Positions 38,101-51,050 of a stretch of DNA of 64,000 nucleotides are shown piece by piece (positions within the stretch are counted from its first letter, which is position 1; each line of letters begins with the position of its first letter). This DNA is from Felis catus (lineage: Eukaryota): assembly GCF_018350175.1 (NCBI RefSeq), contig NC_058369.1:22570001-22634000 (forward strand), given 5' to 3'. The translations under genes and the position numbers were made by a program. The notes under the pieces were generated by a model. The model did not search any database and had not been told where the DNA came from. It was given only the letters and a program-made list of their open reading frames with translations.

Positions 38101-41100
38101 TAACGAGGAGATGTGGATGAATCTGTTCTCTCTGCTCCACAACCGAATCCCTTCCCATCTACTGAAGAAGAAACGCCATCTCTCTTGACTATGCCAGTTC
38201 CTGTGAGCCCTGCCTATTTCCGACCTGGAATGCTGTGATTCGTTATGTTTTCAGCTTGCAAATTGAGGTTCTTTCTCTGTGGCTCGCTATTTTGGGTATT
38301 GGACCCACAGTTATTTCACAGGGAGGATTTGGCAGGATGTCTTGTCTCCTCAGTCTCAGTCCCTGTAACAAAAATGGTAGGTGCAATAGTCACATTTCAT
38401 GGCCAGGTTGCTGCCCGTCCGAGGGGTGCTTTCCCAATCCTGTTGATAATGGCGGCTCCTTGGGCTCTTCTACGAGATGGTTAGCTTTGGGGAGTGCCTG
38501 CTATCGGAAGATGGTCCTGCCCTTGCACTTGATCCTTCCTGTTGTAAAGCTTCCATGAGAGCATAGTTTTTAGGAAGCACCTTTACTTTCTTTAGTGCAA
38601 ACCATACAGCATGGTGGTGACACCATGGTAAAGTCGATGAAGGGCCAAGACCACGCTGTGTGGCAGGCATAGAATAATATCCTACCTACTTTGGGCTCTT
38701 GTGATCGCCGCCAGGGTGGCCTTTTCTTAATTTCATGGGTCTCCTGAGGGGCTGGATTCTTGTTTCTTTGTCCCAACGTTTGTCTTTAACCTCAAGAGCA
38801 CGTTGCTGCTTCTGTGGCTTATGAGCAACATATACTCTCAAATTTCAACTCAGTGGAAGTGGTGGAGAATTAGATGAGAAGATGTTTTTTTTTAAAGGAT
38901 TACCTTATTTAAAAATATTACCTTAGTTCTACTGATCTGTCATCTGTTTCCATGGAAATAGAATTAGGAGATAGTTTCTGACGATCGTTTTCAGGGCTGG
39001 CTCCTGATTCCCACTTCAGTTTCCATAGAGATGGAAGCAAACGGGTGAAGACAAGGTAGAAAAGATTCCATCAAGTGACGAGCTGCCCTGGGACTGTGGC
39101 CCAGACCCTTCTATGCGGGTTGCTGTGTGCACAGTTTGGTCATGAACTCTCTGTGATGCTGGTATCTGTTGGGAGCTCAGGAAATGCCCAGAAAATGGCC
39201 TTCACCCTGACATGAGAGGCTCTGATGTTTTCCATACTTCCCATTATCTTCTAGAAGCTTTAGAGGCAGCTTTGCCTCTCCTGGGTACTTACAACTGCCT
39301 TCTTTTTAGAATTGTCTCTAAAGCGGTTGAGACAATCAGGTCTTGATTGCCCGGCAATTTTGGTATCTCTGGTCTGTCAAGGTGATCAGGAGGAAAAAAA
39401 ACCAGTTTTTGTCTGCCAGGAGTGTGGCCTCCCTGAGTCCACAGACTGGCAGAAGCTTTCAGATTGTCTGACTGCTTTTGTAAGCAGATACAGGAACAAA
39501 AAGGCAAAGTTGAGTGGCACTGTCACGGACTGCATTTTGCAATTTCTGAGGGCTGTTTTGGTTGTCTACCTGGAAATTATGGAATTACCTTTATGCTTTT
39601 ACTTAAGTCCAGTTGGTCCGCACTTTTAGCAGAACAGTTGGTCAGGAGCCCCTAACTGATACCATTGACAGAAATTATCTGTCAAAAAAAAAATGATGTC
39701 CTTTGAAGAAAACAATTTTAAAATAAATAAGGACAAAATGGGATGTCTGAATGGACTTCTCCTCTATTGGATCTGGGGCATTTGGGTCTGGGCTACAAAA
39801 GGTCAGAGTGTGGGACCTTAACCCATGAGGCTACCTGGTGAGGGGTTGGTTTCCAGAATCTCTTGATTCCTCTGTTTGGATGGCAGTTCAGGTGCTGGTC
39901 TTGAAGAATTGTTTGCACAGCAAGCTTGTTTCCTAAACGTTAGCATGCAGATTGGTTTGACTTGGTGGCTGATGGTACTTGTACTGTGTCCACCTGCACG
40001 GTCAGCCCTTTTTGGGAGAGGAGGGGAGAGTAATGGCTTGAAGCTCTCCCCTGAGAGGCTGTGCGTAGCTCATCCTGGGAGGGGAGTGAGAAACAGTCAT
40101 GAATCCACTGAGGATTAAATGGGCCCAAAGTGGGAATGCTAACACTTGCATCTTCTGTCAGCACCTAGTAGTTGTGTGCGCGTTACTGGTGTGTAGAAAA
40201 ACTGAGGAAGCAGGCCTTCCGGCAGCCTTGTTCTCTTCTTGCTCCCCAAGGAAGCCCCTTCTGTGGGAACCGTGCTGCTCTTGGGGCGTGTGTTCCCCAT
40301 TCTTCAACTCGGGCCCAAGTGGATGTTGACTCTCCAGGATGCTTGGTCGAGCGGTCTGCACTTCCACTGTCCTGCCTGATGGTGCAGGAACCTCACCTTG
40401 GTGGAGTTTTGCTGAGATCCTTTATGGTTCTTCAGCTGGGTCTGCAGGTTGGGCCTCTTTCTGACCAGGGCCGTCTTTACGTGTGCCTTGGATTTTCTTA
40501 GCTTTAGTTTCTCAGAGGTTCTTTTTCTTTTCTTTATTTTCCCATTCTATGTTTCAACTACTTTCTCTTTTTTGCCTTTTTGTTAAATTTTGATTGGGAA
40601 AGGAAAGGAAAATCATCTAGAAATGTGAGTATAACATCAAGAACAGCCTTACCTTGGCATAGTGACTACCTTTCTGAGACCCTTGGTTGACAGTGTTGGG
40701 AGCTGGGTGGGGAGTGTGGAGACTCTTAGGTTCTCGGGTGGGGCCATGCATAGCTCTATGTGCTGGACACCTGCTCCGTGCCAGGTGGGATACTGAGCGT
40801 GATCTTGCTCAGTGCTCACAGCCCTGAGTGGACATGCGACAAAGACCTGTCCCGTGACTGAATGAATGTTACCATTTACATTTCACAGATAGAGAAACTT
40901 AAGCCTCTGACTGGCATCAGCCCAGATGTATAAACCCCAGAGCCCCATAGTCCCTGAGATATGTGACCTCACTGCTGAAGTCCCACCTAGGCCTCCCTCA
41001 GTCCAGGGAGGTCCTGGCTCCAGAGCTGAGACTGGGACCCAGGCCTTCTGTCTACCAGCTGCTGCTGCCACCCCCAGTCATCATTAGCAGCTCTCTCTGA

Positions 41101-43588
41101 AGCTATAGTCCTTTGAGGCCCAGGTCATGTGTTGCTTCCTCTTTGGAGTCTTCCAGGAACCATGTCTGACTCCTGCCTCGGCAGGCCTGTCTGCTCTCTT
41201 GCTGATGTCCTGGAGTGTGTGTGGTCAGTGACTATGGGGGTGGGGGGTATGGTGTGCACTAAGTCTGTATTTGTCTGTCCAACCTCCCAGCCTGAGGGGC
41301 CCTTGAGGGCTAGGGCTGTGTCTTCTACCCTCACATCCAGCAGGTGCTCAGTAAATGTTTGTGGCCCCCTTAGATGTTAACTCTGAGTAGATTCTGTGAA
41401 GTAGCAAACCATCCAGTTGACCCCATAGTGATGAATAACATAGGCTTCCTAGTGTCCCTGCCCCTATGTTTTATAGCTGGAATTGTCCCTCTTCTCTGTG
41501 ACCAGTGGATGGTTCTAGCCTGAGTGGAAACAGCAGAACAGCTGACACTTACAATATTCACCCTCCACTTACTGTGTAAAAGGGTTTGATTGTAGGGTCG
41601 TTAATCAAGCTGTCAGGTAGAACATGAAGGTCTTATTTATTGTATAAGGAGGTACTTCATAAAGAAATTGAGCTGTAGTGATGAATAGATATTGGACACC
41701 AATTATGTTGTTGCTATTAATCAAGATATTCATATTTAGCAGTAACAGCTACTGTGAGGGATTGTAAAAGTAAATAAACTTCCCCAAGGATGAATTATAC
41801 CATTTAATGATTAGCATCCCATTAAGAACACTGGCTGTTTACAGTTAGACTTTTAAAAAAGTAATAGCTCTGCATTTAAACAATAGTTTATGGTTAGGCA
41901 CACCAACAGACATTGCTAATTATTTTCAGTTAATTATAAATAAATTATTGGCTTTAAATGTATGCTCCTTTAAAATCTGTCCTAATCTAGAAAGTCATGT
42001 GACTTGCTCTGGTGTCACAGCTGATGGGTTAGGATATGAACCCATCACCTCTAATTCAGAATGTTTTTTGAGTGCTTTGCCATAAACTATCTTATTTACT
42101 CTTAAAACAATCCTTGAGAGTTGGCCCAGGTTTCACATGCATTTTATTTATGTCACGTGTCCCTGTGTTCTTGTGATAGGGGCCCTTCGTGGCAGGATTG
42201 TGAGGGAAAATGAAACTCTGGATGTCCTGGGCACAGAGCCTGGCACATAGTAAACTGTCAGAACACGCGAGCTACTTTTAACATGATATTTTTGGTGGTT
42301 TGATGCACATATCTGAATTTGGAAGCTGGTTTTGATACCTTGAATAATCTGGAGGGCTTGAAATGGTCGATAAATAAACCCTTCTGGAAATGTGTTTACA
42401 GGCAACAAAATTTATCAAAGTTAGGCTTTTTTTTGCCCAAAAACTGAAGTTATAAAGTAATTTTAATGCAAATACTTGTGTTTTCTATGCCAGGGACTGA
42501 TGAAAAATGAGGGTGTTTTGGGTAAGCCACTTAGCGGGTACAACCTTTTCCAGCGCTCACCGAGAAGAGCTCATCAGCATTCAATAACCCCGTCAGAGTG
42601 GAAAAGTCTATTTGCTTTAAATGAGATTTTGCTTGATTGCTATTTTTATTTTGAAAATCCAATTTTAACTTTTTGTCTCACATAATAATGAGTTTTTTTG
42701 ATACATATTGTCACCTTTATTATAAGTGTAAAGGAGAGGTAACACACAGCTTTCTGCAGTGAGATCGTGTAATAAATAAAAATCTGATGCTGGCATAAAT
42801 AAATGCAATCCTTCTTAATGGGCAGAGGGGAAGAACATGTTGGTGTAACTCTGGAGGAATTTGATGCTGCCTTTGAAAATCCAGAGGCTGGAGTCTGAAA
42901 TGAATGCCACCACTTTATTTGAGTTAGAGTGGCTACAATTAGATAACTTTCACAATTAATTCTGGTTGGGTTTCTTGTTGCTATAGCTGAATGCTCTTTG
43001 CATGCTGGGGATGATTACTGGGAAGTGGGCCCTTGGCGATCTCTTCCCCACTGCAGATTTCCTTTGGGATGACAGAAACTGCTTATCGTGGCACAGGACA
43101 GAAAATAAATCCTGGAAGCGCCATAGAGCTCAAGTGACAATTTGAAAATAACAATCAGAGCAGCGAATAGAAGCCGAGACACAAATTCAGTTAACAAACA
43201 GAGGAACTAATCTGTCAGGCATTGGTTGGAAAGCCTATTTCTGACTTTATTTCACAGCACATTATGACAACATTTCTTTAAATCACCATTCATCTCCATT
43301 TCAAAGATATAATCTACATGTTCTCATGGGAAATAATCAGAGACAAAGCTTTCCTATTTTTTTCCCCCCTGAAGTTGACCTCCTCCTCCCAAAGAACGTT
43401 TTTCACACTGTGAAATGTAATTTATTTATACCCAGCAAAATTGGAATAAAAACCACCACAGTTACCAGTGAGCGAGAAAGTGAAATTGGGTTTGGGAGAA
43501 TTGGGGATTAAAAAATGAATAAATTTTTTGCTGTTGGAAAATTATTTTTTTGCTGAAGGAGATGCAGAGAGACCCCATTTTTCCATAG

Positions 43589-43636
43589 TAGTTTGTACCC
43601 ATTTCTGGTTTATAGTTTGTACCCATTTCTGGTATA
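43589..43636. repeat. 24-bp tandem duplication
   Basis: tagtttgtacccatttctggttta / tagtttgtacccatttctggtata. Confidence 0.92.
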
Positions 43637-44469
43637 TGTGAAAGGTGGTGGGTAGTTGTGGAGTTTATGGTGGTCTCTCTCTCTCTCTCTCTCTTGGTTC
43701 AGCTGAGGGGAGCCAGGAACCGGGAGAGGCAGCCTGCTGAGAGTCACATGGGTGGTCGAGGGCAGGACTGGGTCTGCATCGTGGTCCGTGTACTCGGAAG
43801 GCTATTTGCCAAGGTGCCCTTTGCCTCTCTAAAACTTTTCTTTTTCAGAAGCCTGTAGACTTCTTTTAATACCTCAGTGCACGGTATTCTCTCACTTTCT
43901 AGGTTCACATTTGCCTGAGTTTAGCAGGAGCCACAAAATAACTAACTCTTCAGCAGAGACTTTGGCAGTGACTGATGGGAACACTTCTCTTGTCTTGGAC
44001 TTACTTCCTTTCAATTTAGGCAACATGGGATTGCCTCAACTGTAGAATCACCTGCGTTTTCCAGGGCATCTGTCCCTGTGCATTTGTGGTGGTCATCTTA
44101 GAGGACACTCAGCTGTCCAAGGTCAAGTTCAAAGGTGGCGTAGCTGTCCTGAGCACAAGAATAGGTACTTGGCAATCTCTTTGAGTGTAGGAAACAAGTG
44201 TTCTCACGGAGTTGGGGAAATAGAGTGACCAGAGGTTCTGGCTAGTTGAGGAAAGACAGAACCCTAAAAAGGTCCTTCTGAACATTTGTCGTATGCATCA
44301 AACCCTTGAGGACAAATGCTGGGGCTTTGGTGTTTACCCCATCCCTAGGATATGCTAGGCATTCATTCCCTATTCGAGTGCATACTGTCCACTCCTGTGG
44401 TTGTTCACTGTGTGCCAGGCTCTGTACTAAAGCCTTATGATCCCTCCCCTCTCCTCTTCTCCAATTTTA

Positions 44470-44684
44470 TTTTATTAAAAATTTATTTATTTATTTATTT
44501 TGAGAGAGAAACAGAGCGAGAGAGAGGGTGGAGGAGGGGCAGAGAGATAGGGAGAGAGAGAATCCCAAGCAGGCTCCACACTGTCAGTGCGGAGCCCGAA
44601 GTGGGGCTTGAACTCACAAACTGTGAGATCATGAGCCCAAACCAAGAGTCAGATGCTTAACCGACTAAGCCACCCAGGCGCCTG
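44470..44684 (-). mobile_element. Can-SINE (older subfamily) inserted in an antisense MIR
   Basis: agaatcccaagcaggctccacactgtcag...gatgcttaaccgactaagccacccaggcgcc; diverged TSD ttctccaatttta / ttctccagtttta. Confidence 0.92.
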
Positions 44685-45884
44685 TCTTCTTTCTCCAGTT
44701 TTAGAGGCATGAAGACACATCTAAGAGTCTGTGTCACCAGCCCCAAGTCTATATGTCTGGATTAGAACCAAGGCTGTGCCCAGTGCCAGCAATAGGAGAA
44801 TAGGACATTCGTGCCCCCTAGAGCAATCCCTTCCTCTCCCTGCCTCATTTTTCCCTTGCCTTCATGGTCGATTCCTATGTGAAATGAACTATCACATGTG
44901 GAAGCTCTTGATGGTTTATATGGGTTATTATTACACCAGATGGAATCGAATCCATTTTGGGAGATGAATGCCTCTCCTAACCATGTTTCATGTTCTCATC
45001 CCTTCTTGGCTTGCATTTCTATTTTTCCTTTGATGAGAGTAGTGAATGCGGGCGAAAATGGGGAGAGGTTTTCTCTGGAACTGGGATTCCGGAGTTTTCT
45101 AGAGCTAATAGCAGCATGCTGTGGTGTTTGTTTCTCAGCAACATTCTGTGTGAGGCAAGAATCCTAGCCATTACCAGTTCTAGTGAGGAGAATGACTCCT
45201 AAGTTGTAGATGACTTAACCAGAGAAATTCTAAATAGAGACCATTCATCTGGCATTGCATTATTAATACCCCAAGGGCCTGAGCCAGAGGAAGGAGGAGG
45301 GGGTTTTGTATATTTCCAGTAGATTCTATTCATGGATGTTGGACTTCTTCTGTCCACAAGGCTGTAATGAACCCATTGGTTTGGAAGGTGAAGTAATGGA
45401 AAAACCTGTCTCAGTACCACAAAGTTGTGATTCTTGTGCTTTTAGGGTTATAGTTCTTCCAAATGGCTCACTGAATCCAGAGGTTTCCAAGCTATGCTGT
45501 GTCCTGACACTAAGGCTGTTTTGGATACAAAAAGAAACACTTACATTAGAATTAAAGGATTCTCTTGCAGAAGAGAGGATCTTCACAAAAGGAGTCTTTC
45601 GAACAAATAACTTTGGGAAATTCTACTTTCTCAATTTTTTTTTCTTGGCAGTTGCACATTTGCATATTAAAGGCTCTGAAAAGTCCTGCAAAAGTAATCT
45701 ATTTAATTTTACCACCTGGCTTTTCTCAACCTTATTTACTACCCCAAATTTTAATTTGCCTGAAGCACACTTCTAGAAATGGAATTTTAAATACTTAGAA
45801 GTCAGTCACACAACATCTAAAGGTTAAATTAGATTTATTCACGAGCACATTAATCTACGGGTTCAAAGTCAAATCTTTTAGACT

Positions 45885-46100
45885 AAGGATCCACAGACTT
45901 TTTCTTTAAAGGGCCAGATAGTAAATATCTTAGACTTTATGGCTGTAGGGTCTCTGTTGCCGCTCTGCCATTATAGTGTGAAAGCAGACAGAGAGAGTAC
46001 ATAAATGAACTGACATGGTTGTGTTCCAATAAAAATTTATTTACAAAAACACAGCTGCCAGCCTGGATTTGGCCTGTGGGTCATAGTTTGCCCATCTGTG
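45885..46100. mobile_element. MER58A-type hAT MITE
   Basis: taaagggccagatagtaaatat...tgtgttccaataaaaatttatttacaaaaac...ggatttggcctgtgggtcatagtttgcc. Confidence 0.85.
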
Positions 46101-46320
46101 GTAGATCCCTGCTCTCCAGAATACTCTGGCATATTCCATGCTGACTCTCTGGCTGTAATGCATATCTTGATTCAACACAGCAACTCCTACTCACTCTTCC
46201 CCTAGAGGCCTTCTTGGACACCCAGAACAGCTTAAGACCCATCCTCCTGAAGCTCTTTGTGGCCTTCTCTATCATAGCCCTAAGCAATGTGCTGTCATCA
46301 CTTGTTTCCTTCCCGGCCTC

Positions 46321-46419
46321 TGGCCCAACTGTGAGCTCTTGGGTAAAGACCTTATTACTAGTGTGTATCTGGCCCAACTGTGAGCTCTTGGGGCAAAGAC
46401 CTTATTACTAGTGTGTATC
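46321..46419. repeat. 49/50-bp tandem duplication inside an L2 3' end (~46130-46490, +)
   Basis: tggcccaactgtgagctcttggg(t/gc)aaagaccttattactagtgtgtatc twice. Confidence 0.95.
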
Positions 46420-48142
46420 CTCAGCTTGGACCATGAGGACAGTGTACCAGACACACTGTAGGCACTGACTGGGAGCTTGTTGGATGAATATGATCTTATA
46501 ATAACTTGATACAGTGTTTTGTTTCATTTGGGGGAACTCTTAGAGTTAATAGCAAGTATAACAGGAGGAAATGCTCTTTCCAAACAAAAATTTCAAGTAT
46601 CCCCAAGGACATGGATCATTTGGACGAAGCTGGGATGAATTCCACATCCTCCTGGGATATATGCTTCTTGAGCAAAGAAAGGAAGAAATGAGGCTGCTGT
46701 GCACTATGGTAAATTATGCATGTGGAACAGAAAAGCCAAGTGAAAATGATAATTTAGGGGGCAACGGGGAAGTATTTGAAAGATCTGAAGGCGTATTTTT
46801 CTCCTTCTTTCTCCATGTATTAGAGATTAAATGATATAGACCTTTTTCTCTTTTCACCCAGGCCCTTAAAATATTTTTTTGTGGTAATTTCTCTTCATAT
46901 TACATGACTGCTCTAATTACATCTCTAGTTTTAAGATAATAGAACTGCATTTTTAATGTGCTCTCTGCCGTATCTGGATTTATGATACCTCTCCTTCCTT
47001 ACGCCTTCTGGAAAAAAATTTAACTGAGTTAATATTAAAATAAAGTAGGTGAATTAAAAGGGAATGAGCCTTTAAAATCTCAGATCCAGCCCAAGTGCTC
47101 ATTCAGTGACTGGCTTCTCCATCTCTGAAGTCAAGATAACCCTGCTCTCATCTGCCTCCTTGATGGAAAGCTCTACTGACCTCTCGGCATGTCTGTGACC
47201 CTGAGCTGGCCTGAAGAGAAGTGGAAAGGAAGGCTGGCCTGACATCCCCTAGAGTCTGAATTGCATTCATCCAGAAGAGACATTATGACTGTCTCAGAGT
47301 CCACTGCTGGGAGTCCAGTAATCTTTCAGCAGTTTGGCCCCCTTCTGCTGCTGTCCCTAGGAACACTGCAGGGTGTAGTGACTTTCAGAGTCCTGGCAAG
47401 CAGGGCAGGTCCTATCTGGATGCCAGTGCTGATGAATGGGGTGACCTTGGGAGAGTCACTTGACATCTTGGCCTTCAGCCTCTGGATCACTCCATCTGTG
47501 TCTGCAGTGATTGATTGTCCTCCTGGGTTGTTTTCGATGTTAGCAAATAAAACTCTGTGTACCCAGTTGAATATTAAATACCACCATGTCCGTGTCTCAC
47601 TTTGATCTTACAGGAAGTGGGTAGAATGCAACTACAGAGATTTTACCCTTGACAGTTGAAATATTTGGATACCACATTTGTGTTCTTATAGGTCCTTTCT
47701 TCAAGGAGCTCATATTTGAATAAAGGAAGTGGACACACAAACTAAGAACTGCAGGGCTAGGGGATAATAGAATGTATAAAGCACTGTGGGGGTGTGGGCA
47801 GACTGGTTGTCTGTTTGGAATGGCAACTAGGCAGTCAGGAAGAGCTTTGCAGGTGAGGTCACAATTGACTTGAGTGTTTAAGGATGACCTGATGTTCACA
47901 ATATAGAGGGGCCAGGTGTCATACTTTCCTCACAAAGAAAGTTGAATTCCCAAATAACTGTAAGGTCCCCAGATACAGCATTGGGGTTATAACAGGTGGT
48001 CCTGCTTCCCCAACCAGCCACTCAAGAAGAACATTTATAGCTGTGGAGCATATGTACTGGGAACTCATTATACAGATTTCTAAACACAGGTCATGGTTGT
48101 GCTTTTTACACCTTTTTCATTGTTACACTTACTTTTATCAAG

Positions 48143-48283
48143 TGTGAAAGATGAACTGAGAAAAACCGGAGTAGCCGTAGAAGCTGCGCAGGGATTACCC
48201 CTAAGGGACAAGACTGTTGGGGAGAAGAGTGATGATTCAGCACCGAGGACAGCGACACACAGCCTGGCCAGCTCCAGGAAGTG
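48143..48283 (+). CDS. Candidate 141-nt symmetric (phase 2-2) internal exon, VKDELRKTGVAVEAAQGLPLRDKTVGEKSDDSAPRTATHSLASSRK, unverified
   Basis: Pyrimidine-rich acceptor ...cttacttttatcaAG|, donor GTG|GTAAAT, length divisible by 3, open frame, purine-rich with several CpGs, not a recognisable repeat; host gene not recognised. Confidence 0.4.
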
Positions 48284-49129
48284 GTAAATCGTGTTGTTGA
48301 TACCATGGGTGTTGAATGTAGTAAGGAATGGCATTCTTTGCAGAGTCTATGTTCACCATGCCCTCAGGCCTGTACTCAAGCCACATTTGACTGTCTGTCA
48401 TCGGTAAGGCTGTGATACCCCTCTTTTGGAGGCCAAGTGCCTGAGTCTGCATTCCCTTGGTAAGACCACGTAGAGTTGGAATGTGACCATAAGGGTTCTC
48501 CTGCTCCTGAAACAAATGAAGTTCATGCTTGCTGTTTTCTACCAGACAGTTGGCCCAATGTAGTAGTTACAGTCTCAATTCCTTAACGTATGAGGAATTT
48601 CCATGCCTTTTCCAGGTCATGGATAATAGACACAAGGGCCTCTTTTATAAGACACACAGATCCCAAATTTCCAAAATGGCTAGTTTTTCTATTTATCAGT
48701 TAAGTGACATTAGTAGTGATATTAGCTGCCAGATTGTGTAGACTGTAGAGCGTCACTCATTTAGCACTTGGCAGGCTATTCCAACGTCATTTGTGGTGTT
48801 TGTCCCCTCAGCAACTCAAGATAATGGATTTGGCCTTTGACTGACTTTGATAAGTCAATAGAATTTTCTCTACCCCTCCTCCAATATATTTAGCCTCAGC
48901 CAGAAGTGAAACCGAAGTGTCTGTGCCTCCAGCACCACTCTGCACATTTTGTTGGAAACTTTAGCTAAAGTAACCCCTTTACATTGCTTTGGAAATGAAG
49001 GCTCAAACTTGTTGAAAGGATTCTTAGATCTTGGGATCATAAATTTTGATTTTTCCTTTCCTGTCAGGCCAGGTCGTTGACTAGGAAGCCTTTGTGTATG
49101 TACTTGGTTCCCTAAAGAGATCCAGTGGA

Positions 49130-49340
49130 GGGGCCCCTGGGTGGCTCAGTCAGTTGAGTGTCCGACTCCTTCTCAGGCCATGATCTCATAGTTCGTGAGT
49201 TTGAGCCCCATGTCGGGCTCTGTGCTGACAGCTCAGAGCCTGGAGTCTGCGTCGGAATCTGTGACTCCCTCTCCCTCTGCATCTCCCCTGCTCATGCTCT
49301 GTCTCTCTCTGTTTCTAAAAAATAGTGAAATATTAAAAAA
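49130..49340 (+). mobile_element. Can-SINE (SINEC_Fc2-like)
   Basis: Full element; TSD agatccagtgga / agacccagtgga. Confidence 0.95.
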
Positions 49341-49549
49341 AAAAGACCCAGTGGATATTTATATTTGGATAGTCATAGCTAGAAGGATTAAAAAGAGGCT
49401 TTCCTTGAAACCAGCCCACTGATCCTATGTGTGGTATCTGTGGTCTGAAAGGGTTTGTCTTTAAAATAAAATTTCATATGAATATTTCAAAATGAACTCA
49501 CAAGAGTTCATTGTGCTTATGGACGTTATGACTAGTGGTGTGGCAAAAT

Positions 49550-49726
49550 CAGGGAGAGCTTCATGAGCATGTGTCCTGTGCAGTCACACAGAACCCCTAC
49601 ACTGAGAAGGACCCACCTTTGCTTTCATGCTGTGCGGTCGCCTTCTTGAAATTCTTAATAATTTTTGAATATGGGGCCCTACATTTTTATTTCTCATGCA
49701 GTTCCACAAGTTTGTCATCAGTCCTG
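49550..49726. mobile_element. MER91A-type hAT-Tip100 MITE
   Basis: cagg...cctg termini, tcttgaaattcttaataattttt core, degenerate 8-bp TSD ggcaaaat / ggcataac. Confidence 0.8.
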
Positions 49727-50904
49727 GGCATAACAGAATAACAGCAAGAGAATAACAACTAGAGTACCAGGGCCTTGTAGAGACTTGATGAGTTCTGAGT
49801 CCATAGAGGTACAAGGGGTTTTAATAGGTGTTCTGTCCATAATAAAGATTGCATAACTGTCCTCTGTGGTAGATAGCTTTAGCATAAGGCCAGTGGAGGG
49901 CAGAACCAGATTGGAAGACAAAGGCAGTTAGTGGCCTTATTCCTCACTCCCCCACACATCTATTCATCCTTTGAGATCTAGAGCCCAGGAGGCAAGAAGG
50001 AGGGGTCATGGCCCTGCCAGGTGGCACTCACTAGATGAATGTGCTGTGTGAGGTAGAATGCAGGCTGACCATTACCCAGCTTTAGGAGGAAGTTGTATGG
50101 AGCTGTGAGAGTTTGAGGGGACCTGCTGGAAGCCCTTCCCATCCCATTGGGCATGAAGGAAAGGCAGGAAAGTCAGAGGCCCGACCCAGCAGCTGGATTC
50201 CACGGGCAGGCTTTCTTCCCTATTAAGCTGAATTCAGGACCTCTGTGCCTTCTTCCCCTTAGATGGTTTACAAAGAGAGTTTTTTATTCTTGTGTCGTGA
50301 AGGTTAATGTACACACATAATTTTCTACTTTTTAGTCTTCACGTGTAACAATCCATCCTCATAAATGCTCTTTCCCCAGTATTCCTCACTGGAGGTGGGT
50401 TATTACACGAAGTGTTAGTGGCAGGTAGGGTGAAGTACCCAGAAAGAAAGGGCAAGTGTGTCTGAAAAACCTCTTCCCTGTATAGAAGGCAGAGAGGTAA
50501 TGGGCGGACACAAGGCTTAAGACCTACTGTCAGTGGTTAAAAGGCTATGTTCTCGGTGAGTGTTGTCTCTCCTAGCCCTGCCACTGATGCACATGCCACT
50601 TTCCTCCTTCCTGAAATCCAGGGATCTAAAACCCCGAATCCTTGTAACTTTGATGTTAGGTCCAGCTTAAATCTCCAAGCATGTCACTATCAGAGTTCCT
50701 GTCTATAGAAAGCTTTGAATGTGAACCTCAAAGTGGTCCTCCTGGTGTGTTTTCTCATCTTCTTTTTCCCAATGACACCATTGGCGGTAAGCCATTTTGC
50801 TTCCAGGGAAAGCAAATTCTTTCTTCTTATCCTCCTTGTAAGATCGTATGGGATTGTAAGTAAAATATTCTAGAGACATTTTATCAGCGTCTGTTGTAAC
50901 CTCA

Positions 50905-51050
50905 GTATTACGGTCCAGTAGACAGAACACAGGGTTGGAATCTGTAGAACTTGGATTCGCATTCTGACCCTGGCATTTGGTAGACATGTGATCTTGGGCA
51001 AAGCATTTAACCCCCCTGGGCCTCAGTTTTCCCATCTGTTAAATGGGGAC
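50905..51050 (+). mobile_element. MIR SINE remnant
   Basis: tgtgatcttgggcaaagcatttaaccccc.tgggcctcagttttcccatctgttaaatgggg. Confidence 0.85.
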
